Source of the DNA: a virus
Taxonomy: Duplodnaviria; Caudoviricetes
IMG/VR virus record: IMGVR_UViG_3300028591_000183
Span: 1 to 64,000 of that record
Length of the DNA stretch: 64,000 nt
Direction: 5' to 3' (one strand)
Numbering within the stretch: position 1 is the first letter of the stretch; every line of letters begins with the position of its first letter. The notes under the pieces are model-generated. The model made no database searches and was not told the DNA's origin. It was given only the letters and a program-made list of their open reading frames with translations. A program made the translations under genes and the position numbers. Positions 8,948-20,911 of this stretch are shown piece after piece.

Positions 8948-11900
8948 GCAATCTTGAAAAAGCAAAGGAAATAGTAAAAACATATTATAGAGTTGCCGAT
9001 TGTGGCATTTTCAACAGCCGAAATGTTGTCGGAGATGTGATGGAAACAATATATGAAGATGAAGGCTTGACCATTGATGTTTGTTATTACTATTCATACT
9101 TAGAAGTATTCGGATTAAGCTATGCAGAGTTTAAAGAACTTGAAAGGTATTACGACTCTTTAGGCAGAAAGTGAGGATAAGAAATGACAAGAGAACAACG
9201 CTTGGAGTTATTAAGGCAGATTGAAAAAGACATTCATGTTTGTAGCCTTGAAAGCACTTTACTTGATGATGCAAAAAGCTGTGCTATACATTCTACAATA
9301 GAGGAACTAGAGCAAGAGCCTGTTCTTGACAAGATAAGAGCCGAGATAGAACAGGAAAAACTAGAGGATTCACCAAACTTTTGTATTAAGGCACACAACA
9401 ATGCAGTTGATAGAGTTTTAGTAATAATCGATAAGTACAAGGCAGAAAGCGAGAAGTAGATGAATAAAGAATTATTGATGTTATACGGAGCAAGACAAGC
9501 AGTTTTGCAAATAATTGATAAGGGTAGTTGTGCTTATGCAAAAAGGCTAGATGATGGAACATGGCAAACAGTAGATTGGGCTGATATTTGTAATTACTTA
9601 ACAGATATGATTGACAAGTATAAGGCAGAAAATAACTCATAAGTTATTAACTTTTGAGTTAAGGCAGAAACGGAGGAAGAAATGAAACACTTGAAATACT
9701 TATATATTGCTTATGGAATGATGTGGCTATCAATGGCGATTGCAGTAAGTGTTGGTATTTATTATACGCATAGTATTCATTGTTTGTGGTTTATGTTAAT
9801 CCCTACACTAATGGGTGTTCATACTGATTCAAAAAGTAAGGCAGGAAGTGAGGGATAAGGAATGAAAAGAGTAGCTAAGATAACTATAATTTGCCCCATC
9901 GAAATAGATGATGATGTAGACGTAACAAACGAAACTGAATTAGATGATGCTCTGAGCGAAGCAGTAGGAGAGGATTTATTTTCTACGGAATATCTGAGCA
10001 AATGGGATGAGTTGGAAATTGAAGATAAGGGCGAGTGGGAAGATTGAGCCACAGGGAAGTGAGGAATAGATGAACCTAAGACAGAAAGCCAAACACTTTA
10101 AAAAGCTATACGAAGACGCATTGCCTAAAAAACCATATCCTGTTGTATATAGTACGCATGGTGTAAAGCACTATAGAATATGCGATACGATTGACGAAGA
10201 AGACATAGCTTATGCACAGCAAACACCTCAGTTACTTAAACTCCATATTGAAAATGGCATATTAAGGGGACTAAGACCTGTTATTTGGGATAATTTAAAG
10301 GTAGAAAAAGATTCGCATACTAATAAATTTATTTATTCTGTAGATGTTTGGATGTGATACGCAAGCAGAAAGCGAGGAAGTAAATGACTTTTGAAGAGTA
10401 TAAAAATTTCTGTGAGTGCTTGATAGATTGTGATGCAAGCGATTGTCATGATTGTGGTTTATGGAGAGAGTGGAAAAGAGGACAACTACAGGAAGAAGCG
10501 AGGGAATATGACTAAAGCAGAACTTATGAATTTGGTAGGAAAAAAGGTAACAGTTACTTTTAAAGACGGGGATAAGATATGTGGCATCCTTGGATATGCA
10601 GACGAGTTTTCAGCTAAACATAATTATATAAAGCTAAATGATTTTTACATTGGTAATATGACATTCAGAGTGAGCCATATTAAGAAAGCAGAGAGTGAGA
10701 TAGCATGAGCGAAGAAAATGGAAAAGTTTGCTGTAATTGTAGACACAATATAAGAGAGGGTGAGGATGCAGATATTCATTGTCGCTGTGAAATATGGAAT
10801 GAGTATCTATCTTATCTCACGGTTATGACATATTCGTGTAGAAGATGGAGTAAGGAGAGAAAAGATGGCTGAATATCATGTAGGTTGTGGGATGGCGAGA
10901 ATATATGCAGGGACTTTAAACAAACAAGGCAACTTGTGGACACGGAAATCAGACGTAACGGATGAAGCGATAAGTGCAGTTGCTCAGTATCTTTTAGAGT
11001 ATGATGAAGCACTTGAATTTACTTATAGAGGAAAGCGTTATAGATTGGCTGTTTCAAAAAAGGAGTAAATATGGGAACAATACGAAATGAAATGACAATA
11101 GTGCATCATTGGAAAAAGGATGAATTGGAGAAAGTAAGAGAAGATGCCATAAAAGTGTTTAGCCAAATTGCTAGGCAAGATGCAGGAGTTGAGGAATATA
11201 TTGAAAGTATGATAAGTCCTATAATGAGTACCTATATAAATCAAGAATATACTTTCGTTATAAATGGAGATTGTTCAAAAATTGGGTGGGAAACGTCTGA
11301 GCGATTCCATGAAACAAGAATGAAGTGGTGTGAAAAGCATAAGCATGATGTACAAAATATCATAGTGATAAATTTTGGTGAAGGTGACGAGCCTTGTCGC
11401 ATAGTTTTTGATGATAAAGCAGAAAATGAGGAATAAACATGGAAGAAATAGAGCTAGTAGTTAAAATACCCAAATATATGTTTGAAGATATTCAAGACAG
11501 GTATGAGCATCCTAATAAAGGGGACGGAATAAATCTACTTGAATATGCAGTAGTAAATGGCACACCACTTCCTAAAGGGCATGGAAAGCTTATAACTGAG
11601 CCGACAGAGGAAGATATTACAAAAACAGTAGGCGGTCAAAATGATTTTGCTGAATGTATCAAAGATGCAGTTAAAGCAGTATTTGACAACGCAGACGCAA
11701 TCATAGAAGCAGATAAGGAATAGAAAGATGAATAGAAAATTTTGTGATAGATGTGGTAAAGAGATAAACATAAATCCTATTGTACAAGTCCAAAATCCAT
11801 TATTTGAAATAAGACAGATTTATCCACGAGGGTTAATGCCTATTGATTTATGTGAGGATTGTTCCAAGAAGTTTGTTGAATGGGTAAAGGAGCAGGAAGA

Positions 11901-13694
11901 TGCAGGTAATAATTGATATACCAAGTCACATATACAAAACTCTCATAGAAACAGGAACGTATGGATATTATAAGTTTGATTCCAAGAATGCAATCAAGAA
12001 TGGCATACCCCTTCCTAAAGGACACGGAGCAATAAAAGATGTTTCGCAGATTGAAATACCCATGTGTGAGGATAGGGCGTATGAAAGATGGGTACAGGTA
12101 GCCATAGATTCTGCACCGACAATTATAGAAGCAAGCAAGGGGCAGGAAAATGATTGATTATCTTTTAGTGGCATGGATTTTGGTCGGTATATTTTGTCTT
12201 GGCTTTTATCATGGATACAGATTTAGAAAATGGATGGATAAGGAGAAAACAAAATGATTTATGGAAACATGAAAGAACACAAATACGAGGTAGAGGGTAT
12301 TAAACCACAGATTATGACAGAGATAACAACTTTGTTACATACATGTTGTGAGAAAGGATTATTTAACAAAGATGATGTATATAAGATAGCAGAGATGGCT
12401 TGTATGTCAAATGAGGATGTGCATGATGAAGCCATGAATAAGTTAGATTCACTTATGTCTACTGTTTTGGATAAGATGGTTGATGATGCTAAACATGGTA
12501 AGCAGGAAGCCATTGATGCTTTGGCTATGCTTGCAGATATGGTTTTAAAGGATATGAGGGATAAGGAGCAGGAATGAATGATGAAGAAGTAATGATTATT
12601 TCATTGTTTATCAACCTTTTAATCTATTTATTTTATATAGCTTTATTTTTCGCATAGGAGATAAAAGATGGAAATGACGATTGAGGAAATTAGGTATAGA
12701 TTGCAAGCCATGACTACAATGTGTACTTTTCAAGATGCAGTAGGGCATGATTTATCACAAAAAGAAATCAAATTGTATAATCAAGCAAAGGACGAAGCAA
12801 TAAAAATCATGCGCAAGTATCAGAAGATAGAGCAGATAGTAAACGGGAATATCAATGGTGCTTATTCTAATGTTGCTGAAATACGGAGGATAATAAATGG
12901 GAATGACAATTAATGACAAAGATTTGGCATCGGGTTTAACTGCACTAGCTATCATGTGTGCAAGCGAAGGAACAGACGGATGTGATATTACTATAACTAC
13001 AACAAAGGGCAAGATTAACTGTCACATAGAATTTTCGGGGGTAGAAGATGGAAAAATCACTTGATTTTGTTGAACAATGGGCAGAAGAAAATAATTATGT
13101 AATCGTATCTAGCGATATGTGGGCTATTGCACAAGATATCATGAGCAAGTATCAGAAGATACAGGAAATAATTGATAATTGGACTAAACCCGAAGAAATC
13201 GAATGGGCGATACGAGAGGTATTAGAAGATGACAAGATTTGATGCTATTAAGCAAATGAATGTTGAAGATTTAGCTTTCTTTCTGAGTATTGTTGAATTA
13301 GGTGATTTAAACTCTATTCCCAATATAACTAACAAAGACATTGATTATTATATGAATTATTTTAAAGAAGAAGATGGTAGTGATTTGATAAATACTTTAC
13401 ATGAATTGAATAGAAGTCGGCATGACTATAAGGAGATAGAAAATGGAAAGACCGATTGAAAAACTAAGACAGTTGCAAGAAGATGTTGACAAAGAGCATA
13501 AGGACTTAATTATTGAGTGTGATATGTTGCAAGGCAATATCAATCGCATGATGACTACTCATGACCACGAGGAACTACTTACAATGTTCGCCTACGCTCA
13601 TAAAAGATTAGGTGATATTTTTTGGAAGAATAAGAAAAGAATAAATATGGAGAATATAGAAGATGAAAATGACACAACAAATGTCAATAGGTGA
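8944..13694 (+). other. operon of about 25 small hypothetical ORFs, e.g. 8944-9174, 9184-9459, 9460-9642, 9862-10047, 10070-10357, 10508-10708, 10865-11068, 11071-11436, 11439-11723, 11728-11916, 11900-12157, 12254-12577, 12668-12913, 13048-13242, 13229-13459, 13443-13694
   Basis: Tightly packed and overlapping, each with an RBS; no recognisable domains. Confidence 0.7.
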
Positions 13695-13874
13695 TTTTAT
13701 TAGACACATGAATGATGCTCAGTTGGCTAATGTATTGTTGGATACCATCACGGCAAATGCAGATTATTGTGAGGAATATCGCATAGATTTGGGTGGCTAT
13801 ATCAGCTTTAATGTCGTTGATGAAGTACCGATTAAATGGGATTTGAAATATTATAAGAAAGGATATATTTGGAT

Positions 13875-14939
13875 ATGGCAGGTGGCAATTTTGATAGTGC
13901 AAAGAATGGCAAGAATGATGAGTTTTATACACAGCTCACAGATGTATCAAAGGAGCTGATGCACTACAAGGAGCATTTCAAGGATAAAATTGTTCTGTGT
14001 AACTGTGATGACCCTACATGGTCTGCGTTTTGGAAGTATTTCCATCTGAATTTCTCGGCTTTGGGATTAAAGAAACTGATTTCCACACATTATGACCGCA
14101 ATAATCCCACCTATAAAATGGTTTATGAGGGTGGTGATGATAATAATATCGAAGTGGGTGTAATTACACCACTTGAAGGTAATGGTGATTTCAGAAATCA
14201 GGAATGTATTGACCTCTTAAAAGAGAGCGACATTGTAGTAACAAATCCACCATTCTCTCTGTTTAGAGAATATATCGCACAGTTAATGGAATACGAAAAG
14301 AAATTTATCGTATGGAGCAATACAAATGCTATAACATATAAAGAATTTTTCCCTTTACTGAAAGATGGTAAAGTGTGGGCTGGATATTTGTTTAACAGCA
14401 CTTGCGTTTTTAGGGTTGGTGATGGATATAAATATGATGAAAAAGTTACTCAGCAGATAAATGATGGATATAAATACGGAAAAGTTCCGAGTATTGCAAC
14501 ATTTACTAATTTAGATATAAAGAAACGCCATGAGAATTTAATTCTTTGGAAGAATTATACACCTGAAGAATATTCTGATTACGATAATTATGACGCTATC
14601 AATGTTAATAAAGTGACAGATATTCCTGTTGATTATGATGGAATATTGGGTGTGCCTATTACTTTCCTTGATAAGTATAATCCTGAACAGTTTGAAATTG
14701 TTGGATTGGTGAATGGCAAAGATAATTTAGCGGGTATTAAAACCACTCGTGATTATTCTGCATTTTCTGAAACTCGACAAGATTCAACAAAAACAGGAGC
14801 AAGTGGTAAAAAAATCAATGGTAATCCTGTTATAAAAGGCAAACCAACCAAAGGTAATTATTTTACTTTTGGTTCTGAAGTCGTATATTCAGCGTATGCT
14901 CGAATCTTTATCCGTCTAAAGCATGGAAGAAAGGCGTAG
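13875..14939 (+). CDS. adenine-specific DNA methyltransferase, EcoRI family
   Basis: KNDEFYT, CNCDDP and VTNPPFSLFREY motifs. Confidence 0.9.
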   Translation: MAGGNFDSAKNGKNDEFYTQLTDVSKELMHYKEHFKDKIVLCNCDDPTWSAFWKYFHLNFSALGLKKLISTHYDRNNPTYKMVYEGGDDNNIEVGVITPLEGNGDFRNQECIDLLKESDIVVTNPPFSLFREYIAQLMEYEKKFIVWSNTNAITYKEFFPLLKDGKVWAGYLFNSTCVFRVGDGYKYDEKVTQQINDGYKYGKVPSIATFTNLDIKKRHENLILWKNYTPEEYSDYDNYDAINVNKVTDIPVDYDGILGVPITFLDKYNPEQFEIVGLVNGKDNLAGIKTTRDYSAFSETRQDSTKTGASGKKINGNPVIKGKPTKGNYFTFGSEVVYSAYARIFIRLKHGRKA

Positions 14940-15171
14940 AAGAAGGATTTAATCATGGTTGGGATAGAGGATATAAAAATTCATCTGAATTAACACAGAA
15001 AATCTGTGAAAAAGCAACTGATAGAATCCTTAATGCTGAATCAACTTCTTATGACGCAGGATTTAAGAAAGCGTTAATGATGGCTCAATGGTACAACAAA
15101 ATCTTTCTTGGAATTGATACCGAGTATGATGTAGAAAAGATTATGAGGTTATATAAGAAGTACAAAGGAGA

Positions 15172-15546
15172 ATGAAGATGGCAATAAGTGAGAGAGAACA
15201 CCACATCAAAGTATTAGAACAATTTCTACATGATTATCAAGAATGGGGAGAAGATTTTGAACTAGAGAAAACCATTAAGTATGCCATATCCTCACTTAAA
15301 ACAGACCTTAAATACGACTTGATGTATGAGGGTGAAGATGTTTATACCAAGGATGAAGTAATAGCTATGCTAGAAGATTTAAAGGCAGATATTGAGGTAA
15401 AGACGAACTACTACGAACAAGCGTATAAAGAGCCATCAAATTTAATACATGAAACCGCTATATGTGGAAGAATGTTTGGTTGTGGAGAATGTAAAGAGCT
15501 TATTCAACAGAAAATCGACAAGTTAGAGGGGAATAAACAACTATGA
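15172..15546 (+). CDS. hypothetical protein
   Basis: RBS and ORF. Confidence 0.65.
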   Translation: MKMAISEREHHIKVLEQFLHDYQEWGEDFELEKTIKYAISSLKTDLKYDLMYEGEDVYTKDEVIAMLEDLKADIEVKTNYYEQAYKEPSNLIHETAICGRMFGCGECKELIQQKIDKLEGNKQL

Positions 15547-15725
15547 CCGACTTGCTATATGTGAGTTATGACAATGACGAAAAAAGAAATGAAATAGGAA
15601 TATGTATAGGCAGAATCAATGAAACAGGCAAGCATGAAATTCTAAAGATGGAATTGGATGAACAGGCAGAAGTCTTGTATAAGGTACTGACAGACCAATC
15701 AATTAAAATCGACAAGCTGAGATGA
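15543..15725 (+). CDS. hypothetical protein
   Basis: ATGA overlap. Confidence 0.6.
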   Translation: MTDLLYVSYDNDEKRNEIGICIGRINETGKHEILKMELDEQAEVLYKVLTDQSIKIDKLR

Positions 15726-15749
15726 AAAGGATGTAAGTTGATAAAATAG

Positions 15750-15766
15750 GTAAACCATGATAGTGT
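15750..15766 (+). promoter_or_regulatory. putative late-promoter box GTAAACC-N4-TAGTGT
   Basis: Matches the motif at 1008, 16231 and 37554. Confidence 0.5.
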
Positions 15767-15781
15767 GGAAGTGAGGTAATT

Positions 15782-16111
15782 ATGAAAAATATTTCAATGT
15801 CAGATTTAGGGCTTAACGAGCTAGATAGTAAGGATAGAGCTTTGTATTTTATGTGGGAAAGTTCCCACGCTAGAGCGGAAAGAACTGTTGTGAGATTGTG
15901 GATTGTTGTATTGGTTCTTATTGTAGCTTTATTAGGAACTAATGCGGGATGGATATACTACGAATCACAATTCGAGGATGTAGTAACAAATACGGAAACA
16001 GTTACACAAGAAGCTACGGCAGATAGAGATGGCGAGATTCGATTGATTGGCGGTGACTACTATGGCGACAAGAGCGAAACAGACAGTAACCAAAACAACA
16101 ACCAAGACTAG
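15782..16111 (+). CDS. single-TM membrane protein
   Basis: Hydrophobic LWIVVLVLIVALLG segment. Confidence 0.7.
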   Translation: MKNISMSDLGLNELDSKDRALYFMWESSHARAERTVVRLWIVVLVLIVALLGTNAGWIYYESQFEDVVTNTETVTQEATADRDGEIRLIGGDYYGDKSETDSNQNNNQD

Positions 16112-16200
16112 GCAAAAGAAAACACCCGAGGGTAATTTGACCTGCCCTATATGTGGTGGCAAGGGAAGTGTCCCTAGAGGATATAATAAGAAGAAATCTT

Positions 16201-16229
16201 AAAGACTAGCTAATCGGCTAGTCTTTTTT
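16201..16229 (+). terminator. intrinsic terminator
   Basis: AAAGACTAGC-taatcg-GCTAGTCTTTTTT. Confidence 0.8.
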
Positions 16230-16230
16230 A

Positions 16231-16295
16231 GTAAACCATTGTAAAATTGAATAAGAGCCAAAGAGCCGATTTCTTAACAGGAATTGGCTCTTTTT
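16231..16295 (+). promoter_or_regulatory. putative late promoter plus GAGCC attenuator
   Basis: GTAAACC-attg-TAAAAT-N6-AGAGCC..GAGCCGA..TTGGCTC-T5. Confidence 0.65.
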
Positions 16296-16314
16296 GTATG
16301 TTTGAGGGGAATTT

Positions 16315-16587
16315 ATGCGGGTTAAAGACTACATCTATAGCAATTCAGAAATGGAAACTATCATCAATGAATACATCCACTCACAGAGGGATAGACTTGT
16401 CTGTAAGCTGTGTTTCATTGATGGAATCACTCATGAGAAGATAGCGGAGCATCCCGATGTAGATTTAACTCCTAGACAAGTGAGCAATATTATAAGTAAG
16501 TCATCTATTATTATTTCAGATAGATTAGAAGCGAGAAATGCAGGGGAGGACAAGATATGCCTAATTCCACAAATGAAGTTATCGTGA
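16315..16587 (+). CDS. sigma70 region-4-like HTH regulator
   Basis: RDRLVCKLCFIDGITHEKIAE...LTPRQVSNII. Confidence 0.7.
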   Translation: MRVKDYIYSNSEMETIINEYIHSQRDRLVCKLCFIDGITHEKIAEHPDVDLTPRQVSNIISKSSIIISDRLEARNAGEDKICLIPQMKLS

Positions 16588-19500
16588 ATGGTCGGGTAGT
16601 TATGAGTGTCCGTGGTGATACTGTAACAGAAAATACTCTTGTACAGGGCGAAACAGCACATGACAAAACGGGTAAAGAAATAGTAGGTAATCTTAATCCT
16701 CAATCTTCTGAGGAACTAAATGAGCTAAGAGAACGGGTTGATGCTCTCGATGAAGAAGCCTATAGAGTATTGGACAGAGTGGAAGAAATAGAAGAAGAAG
16801 ACTATATCCCATTTAATGATTCGGATGATGAAGAACATCCTAAAAAGAAGACATTATTTGCTTCTATTATAGAAAAATTAAAGTCTATTTTTGTTCAGAA
16901 ATCAGAGTTGAAGAAACATACTTTTGAAGTAGGTACAGATATCCCTGCTGATTCAGACTTAAACACCTATGTAACAGAGGGTGTTTATAAAATTGCGCCC
17001 GATACAACTGCACAAACTATTTCTAATGTCCCTGTAGCTAGTGGTGACGCAAAAGCAGGTGGAAAACTCATAGTAAACAAGGGGCTTTCATTGAATGAAA
17101 CCTATGTCTTACAAATCTATATCAACAACGCAGGACATATTTTTAAGCGCAAAACTACCAATAATGGAACTACGTGGGATGGTTGGACTCAATTAGCAAC
17201 TATGGGTGCTATTACACCTTCTCAAATAGGTGATGGCTATGCTACGGCTACTGTAAGTGGTTCTGTTATTACAGCTACAATAAGCGGATTCCAATTAAGA
17301 GCAGGGGTCATTGTTGCTCTTTATTTTCCAAGCAATGTTACTACTGCATGTACACTAAATATTAGTAATACAGGTGCTAAAGCTATAAAGAATTGGACTT
17401 CGCATGACCCGTCTGTTGGTCATTCGATAAGAGAAGGTGTAAATACTTTCATATATGATGGCACTCTATATAGGGCTATTGCATTTGAAAAGAGTCCTCG
17501 TATTGTATTGCAAGACTATGTGGCAGACACTAGCGGTAACTTGATTACTGAATGGGGTTATGACGCTAATAAAGCTCAGATAAAATATAGCTTGCTCTAT
17601 GATAAGTTGAGATGGAATCACTATAAAAATTCAGCTTGGAAGGGTGATGTTGTACTTGCAGATTATAATGATATTAAACATCAAACAGTAGGCATCGATA
17701 TCCCTGCTAATTCAGACCTAAATAACTACACCACTAATGGAATTTATTGTGTTGCTCAGAATACTACTGCTGTAACTTTAGTTAATTGTCCAAGCTCTTA
17801 TGCAGGAAAGTTAGTAGTTGAGAGAATAGCAGGAAATAGTTATATTGTTCAGACCTATTATACTTATCATCAAGATTTAGCGGGATTTGGCGGTGTATTT
17901 AGAAGGTCTTATGCGAGTTCATGGCAACCGTGGGTATATATAGCTAATATCCAAAATGACGGAGGAAATAGATACCTTTATTTAATGGGCGAAACAACAA
18001 CAGCAAACGATAAAGGTGTTGGAATCAAAGCAAGGATAAAAGATACTACCACTAATGGGGACTATACAAGGCAAATTTTAAGAGCATTTCAAGACCACCA
18101 AGCCACGCCTACGGGATTTAATCTTGTAATAGATGGTGGCGGTGCGTTAATTCTCGGTGGTGGCGAAGCAGGACAGGCGCATTACGGGGCTTTAACAAAA
18201 CCTTATGCTAGTGAACAGGTATATATCACATCTGATGGAAATATATACTTACAAGCCAATGCTACTCCAATAGCTAATAGGATAGGATATGTAATAGATG
18301 CAAATGGCAATTTAATACCATGTAAGGCTGACGCAAAAGTTGACAATCAAGGCAATATAGGTTGGTCTGATAAAAAACTTGCAGGAGTATGGACATATAA
18401 GATAAATGGAGAAGATGTTGTAAATGCATCTACAATGAAAGATACTTCATTGGATAAAACTCTGCGTCTTGGTGGATTGGCTACAAGACGTATCGAGATA
18501 CCCGATAATAGTGGATGGGCTAAGTATATTAAGTTTTGTGATGTAACTACATGGTACACTTCAACCACTACAGGACAATCAGTATTATCGTTTGTAGGAT
18601 GGTTACTAACTGCAAGAGAAGGAGGTTATGCATCAAGAAGTGAAGTAACAGAACTTGAACTTGCTGTAGGCTATGAAAAAAGCACAACACCGAATAGTGG
18701 TTCACTTATATTATCAACAAGTAATGGTACTTACATGCCTGTAGTCTTAAAAGAAGTTTTAAATAATGTTACAAAATATTATTTAGCATTAAGAGTGGAT
18801 GGTTCGGGTAGGCAAGGATTTCTTTTAGGTCATTTTAAAATGAATGATTATTCGGGTGATTTATTTGATGGTAATTGGGTAAATTGTACCGATGCGAATG
18901 GAACATTACCTACAGGATATTCAGTAGAGATAAATGGAAGACTTAAACGAAATGATGCTATTTTTGCAACATGTACCACGGCGGGTGACCAACAAAACAA
19001 GGTAGCGACAATAGATGACCCTTTTTGGCAACTAAGAAATGGGCGTATTGTAGGCGTAAAGTTTACTAATACTAATACCTTTAATTCAACAGCCACAAAC
19101 AAGATTACTCTTAATGTAAATAATACAGGCGCAAAACCAATCTATTATAACACAGGATATCCAACAGGCACTAACACCGCAGTATTCGGTTATGCAAATA
19201 GACTTCATTTCTATATGTATGATGGCACTAATTGGGTTTGGATAAGTGCAGGTTACGCTCCCGATAGTAATAACCGTAAATCATTTTATGGAACATGTTC
19301 AACAGCAGGTGACCAACGAGTAAAAGTTGTTACTTTAGCTGATACAAACGGGTGGGAACTTCGTGCAGGAACTATTGTAGGTGTTAAATTTACCAATTCA
19401 AATACGTATAGTGCTACCTCAGATAATAAGATACAGCTTAATGTTAATAATTCGGGCGCAAAGAATATTTACTACAACACAGGTTATCCAACGGGAACGA

Positions 19501-20204
19501 GTCAATATGTTTGTGGTTATGCAAATAGAACACAGTATTACATGTATAATGGAACTGATTGGGTATGGATAAGCGCAGGTGTTGAAGTCGATACTGTAGA
19601 CCCGAGAGCATTAGGTTCGGGCTATGGAATATGTGAAACGGCAGAAGCAACTACAGCCAAAGTAGCTACCCTTGCTTCATACACGTTAAGAACAGGTGGA
19701 ATAGTTTCTGTAAGATTTGCTTATAACGTTCCTGCAAATTCAACCTTAAATATAAATTCCCGTGGAGCAAAACCTATATATCAAAGAACATGGGCTATTC
19801 CTGCGGACGTTATAAAAACGGGCGATATAGCTACTTTTGTATATGATGGTAGTCATTATGTTCTACTAGGAACAGATAGAACAGAAAGACAGTTTGCAAA
19901 TTATAGATATGCTAATTCAGCAGGTACACCCGATACAACTTATCTAACAAGAAATGATACTAGCGTTTTATTCCCCGAATTATCGTATATAAAACGTGGT
20001 GATGTTGTTATGTTTGGGTGTATAGTAAAATTTGCTTCAAGCAAAACCTATTCAGCAGGTACAAAAATAGCAACATTGGCGTATTCGTCATTGCAAATAT
20101 GTTATCCTCATGCTTCATTCTATATAGGCGGAAATGGATTATATATAAGAAATGGAACATATAATGGAAATTATTATTTACAATGTACATATATCGGAAT
20201 ATAA
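16557..20204 (+). CDS. large modular tail fibre (pyocin-knob-like and repeated beta domains)
   Basis: 1215 aa; two DIPA.SDLN.Y...G.Y domains and repeated C.TA...K.AT...G..V.V.FT..N...LN.N..GAK modules. Confidence 0.8.
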   Translation: MPNSTNEVIVNGRVVMSVRGDTVTENTLVQGETAHDKTGKEIVGNLNPQSSEELNELRERVDALDEEAYRVLDRVEEIEEEDYIPFNDSDDEEHPKKKTLFASIIEKLKSIFVQKSELKKHTFEVGTDIPADSDLNTYVTEGVYKIAPDTTAQTISNVPVASGDAKAGGKLIVNKGLSLNETYVLQIYINNAGHIFKRKTTNNGTTWDGWTQLATMGAITPSQIGDGYATATVSGSVITATISGFQLRAGVIVALYFPSNVTTACTLNISNTGAKAIKNWTSHDPSVGHSIREGVNTFIYDGTLYRAIAFEKSPRIVLQDYVADTSGNLITEWGYDANKAQIKYSLLYDKLRWNHYKNSAWKGDVVLADYNDIKHQTVGIDIPANSDLNNYTTNGIYCVAQNTTAVTLVNCPSSYAGKLVVERIAGNSYIVQTYYTYHQDLAGFGGVFRRSYASSWQPWVYIANIQNDGGNRYLYLMGETTTANDKGVGIKARIKDTTTNGDYTRQILRAFQDHQATPTGFNLVIDGGGALILGGGEAGQAHYGALTKPYASEQVYITSDGNIYLQANATPIANRIGYVIDANGNLIPCKADAKVDNQGNIGWSDKKLAGVWTYKINGEDVVNASTMKDTSLDKTLRLGGLATRRIEIPDNSGWAKYIKFCDVTTWYTSTTTGQSVLSFVGWLLTAREGGYASRSEVTELELAVGYEKSTTPNSGSLILSTSNGTYMPVVLKEVLNNVTKYYLALRVDGSGRQGFLLGHFKMNDYSGDLFDGNWVNCTDANGTLPTGYSVEINGRLKRNDAIFATCTTAGDQQNKVATIDDPFWQLRNGRIVGVKFTNTNTFNSTATNKITLNVNNTGAKPIYYNTGYPTGTNTAVFGYANRLHFYMYDGTNWVWISAGYAPDSNNRKSFYGTCSTAGDQRVKVVTLADTNGWELRAGTIVGVKFTNSNTYSATSDNKIQLNVNNSGAKNIYYNTGYPTGTSQYVCGYANRTQYYMYNGTDWVWISAGVEVDTVDPRALGSGYGICETAEATTAKVATLASYTLRTGGIVSVRFAYNVPANSTLNINSRGAKPIYQRTWAIPADVIKTGDIATFVYDGSHYVLLGTDRTERQFANYRYANSAGTPDTTYLTRNDTSVLFPELSYIKRGDVVMFGCIVKFASSKTYSAGTKIATLAYSSLQICYPHASFYIGGNGLYIRNGTYNGNYYLQCTYIGI

Positions 20205-20238
20205 CAGATTGATTTTATTTAAAAGGAGGAATAAATGT

Positions 20239-20622
20239 ATGAGGTTTTACTTATTTAAGGTTGCTTATAATAAAGTAGCCTGTGCAGAGGACAGACCACA
20301 ACCATCTGCTTACGACAGTTATGATGAAACTAAGAAAGCGCAGTATCAGTACATGGGACAGAATGTGCTTGGTGCAACAATCGGATGGGTAATGACTAAG
20401 ATTGTCTGTGAGAATGGAGTCTGCAATGCTACGGATGATACTTATTGGGAAGACCCTAATATCATCCCATATTACAGAGATTTGATTCTTGCAGGAACAA
20501 TCAACGCTAAGACTAACAAGCCTTGGGCTGTAGAGGATGTATCTGAGAGATGGCGTTCTGCCGTAGCTGAGTATGTCGTACAACATACTCCTGTAGAAGA
20601 ACAGGAGGTAACAAATGAGTAA
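20239..20622 (+). CDS. tail-fibre-associated protein, CD1375-like C-terminus
   Basis: AAGGAGG RBS; WAVEDVSERWRSAV motif. Confidence 0.6.
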   Translation: MRFYLFKVAYNKVACAEDRPQPSAYDSYDETKKAQYQYMGQNVLGATIGWVMTKIVCENGVCNATDDTYWEDPNIIPYYRDLILAGTINAKTNKPWAVEDVSERWRSAVAEYVVQHTPVEEQEVTNE

Positions 20623-20911
20623 GTTTCTTTTTATTAGTCAGCCAATGAGAGATAAGACAAATGAAGAAATCAAGGAAGAAAGGGATAGGGCTATTAGGCT
20701 TTGTAAGAAGTATCTTGGGGATGATATAAAGGTACTTGATTCTTTCTTTGAGGATGCACCTCATGATGCAAAACCTCTGTGGTTTTTAGGAAAGTCTATC
20801 GAAATGTTATCTCACGCTGATTATGCTTTCTTCTGTGACGGATGGGAAGATGCTCGTGGATGTGTCATCGAACATGAATGTGCGGAGAAATATGGAATCC
20901 ATATTGTCTGA
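20615..20911 (+). CDS. DUF4406 / nucleoside deoxyribosyltransferase-like protein
   Basis: FISQPM...GWEDARGCVIEHECA. Confidence 0.75.
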   Translation: MSKFLFISQPMRDKTNEEIKEERDRAIRLCKKYLGDDIKVLDSFFEDAPHDAKPLWFLGKSIEMLSHADYAFFCDGWEDARGCVIEHECAEKYGIHIV

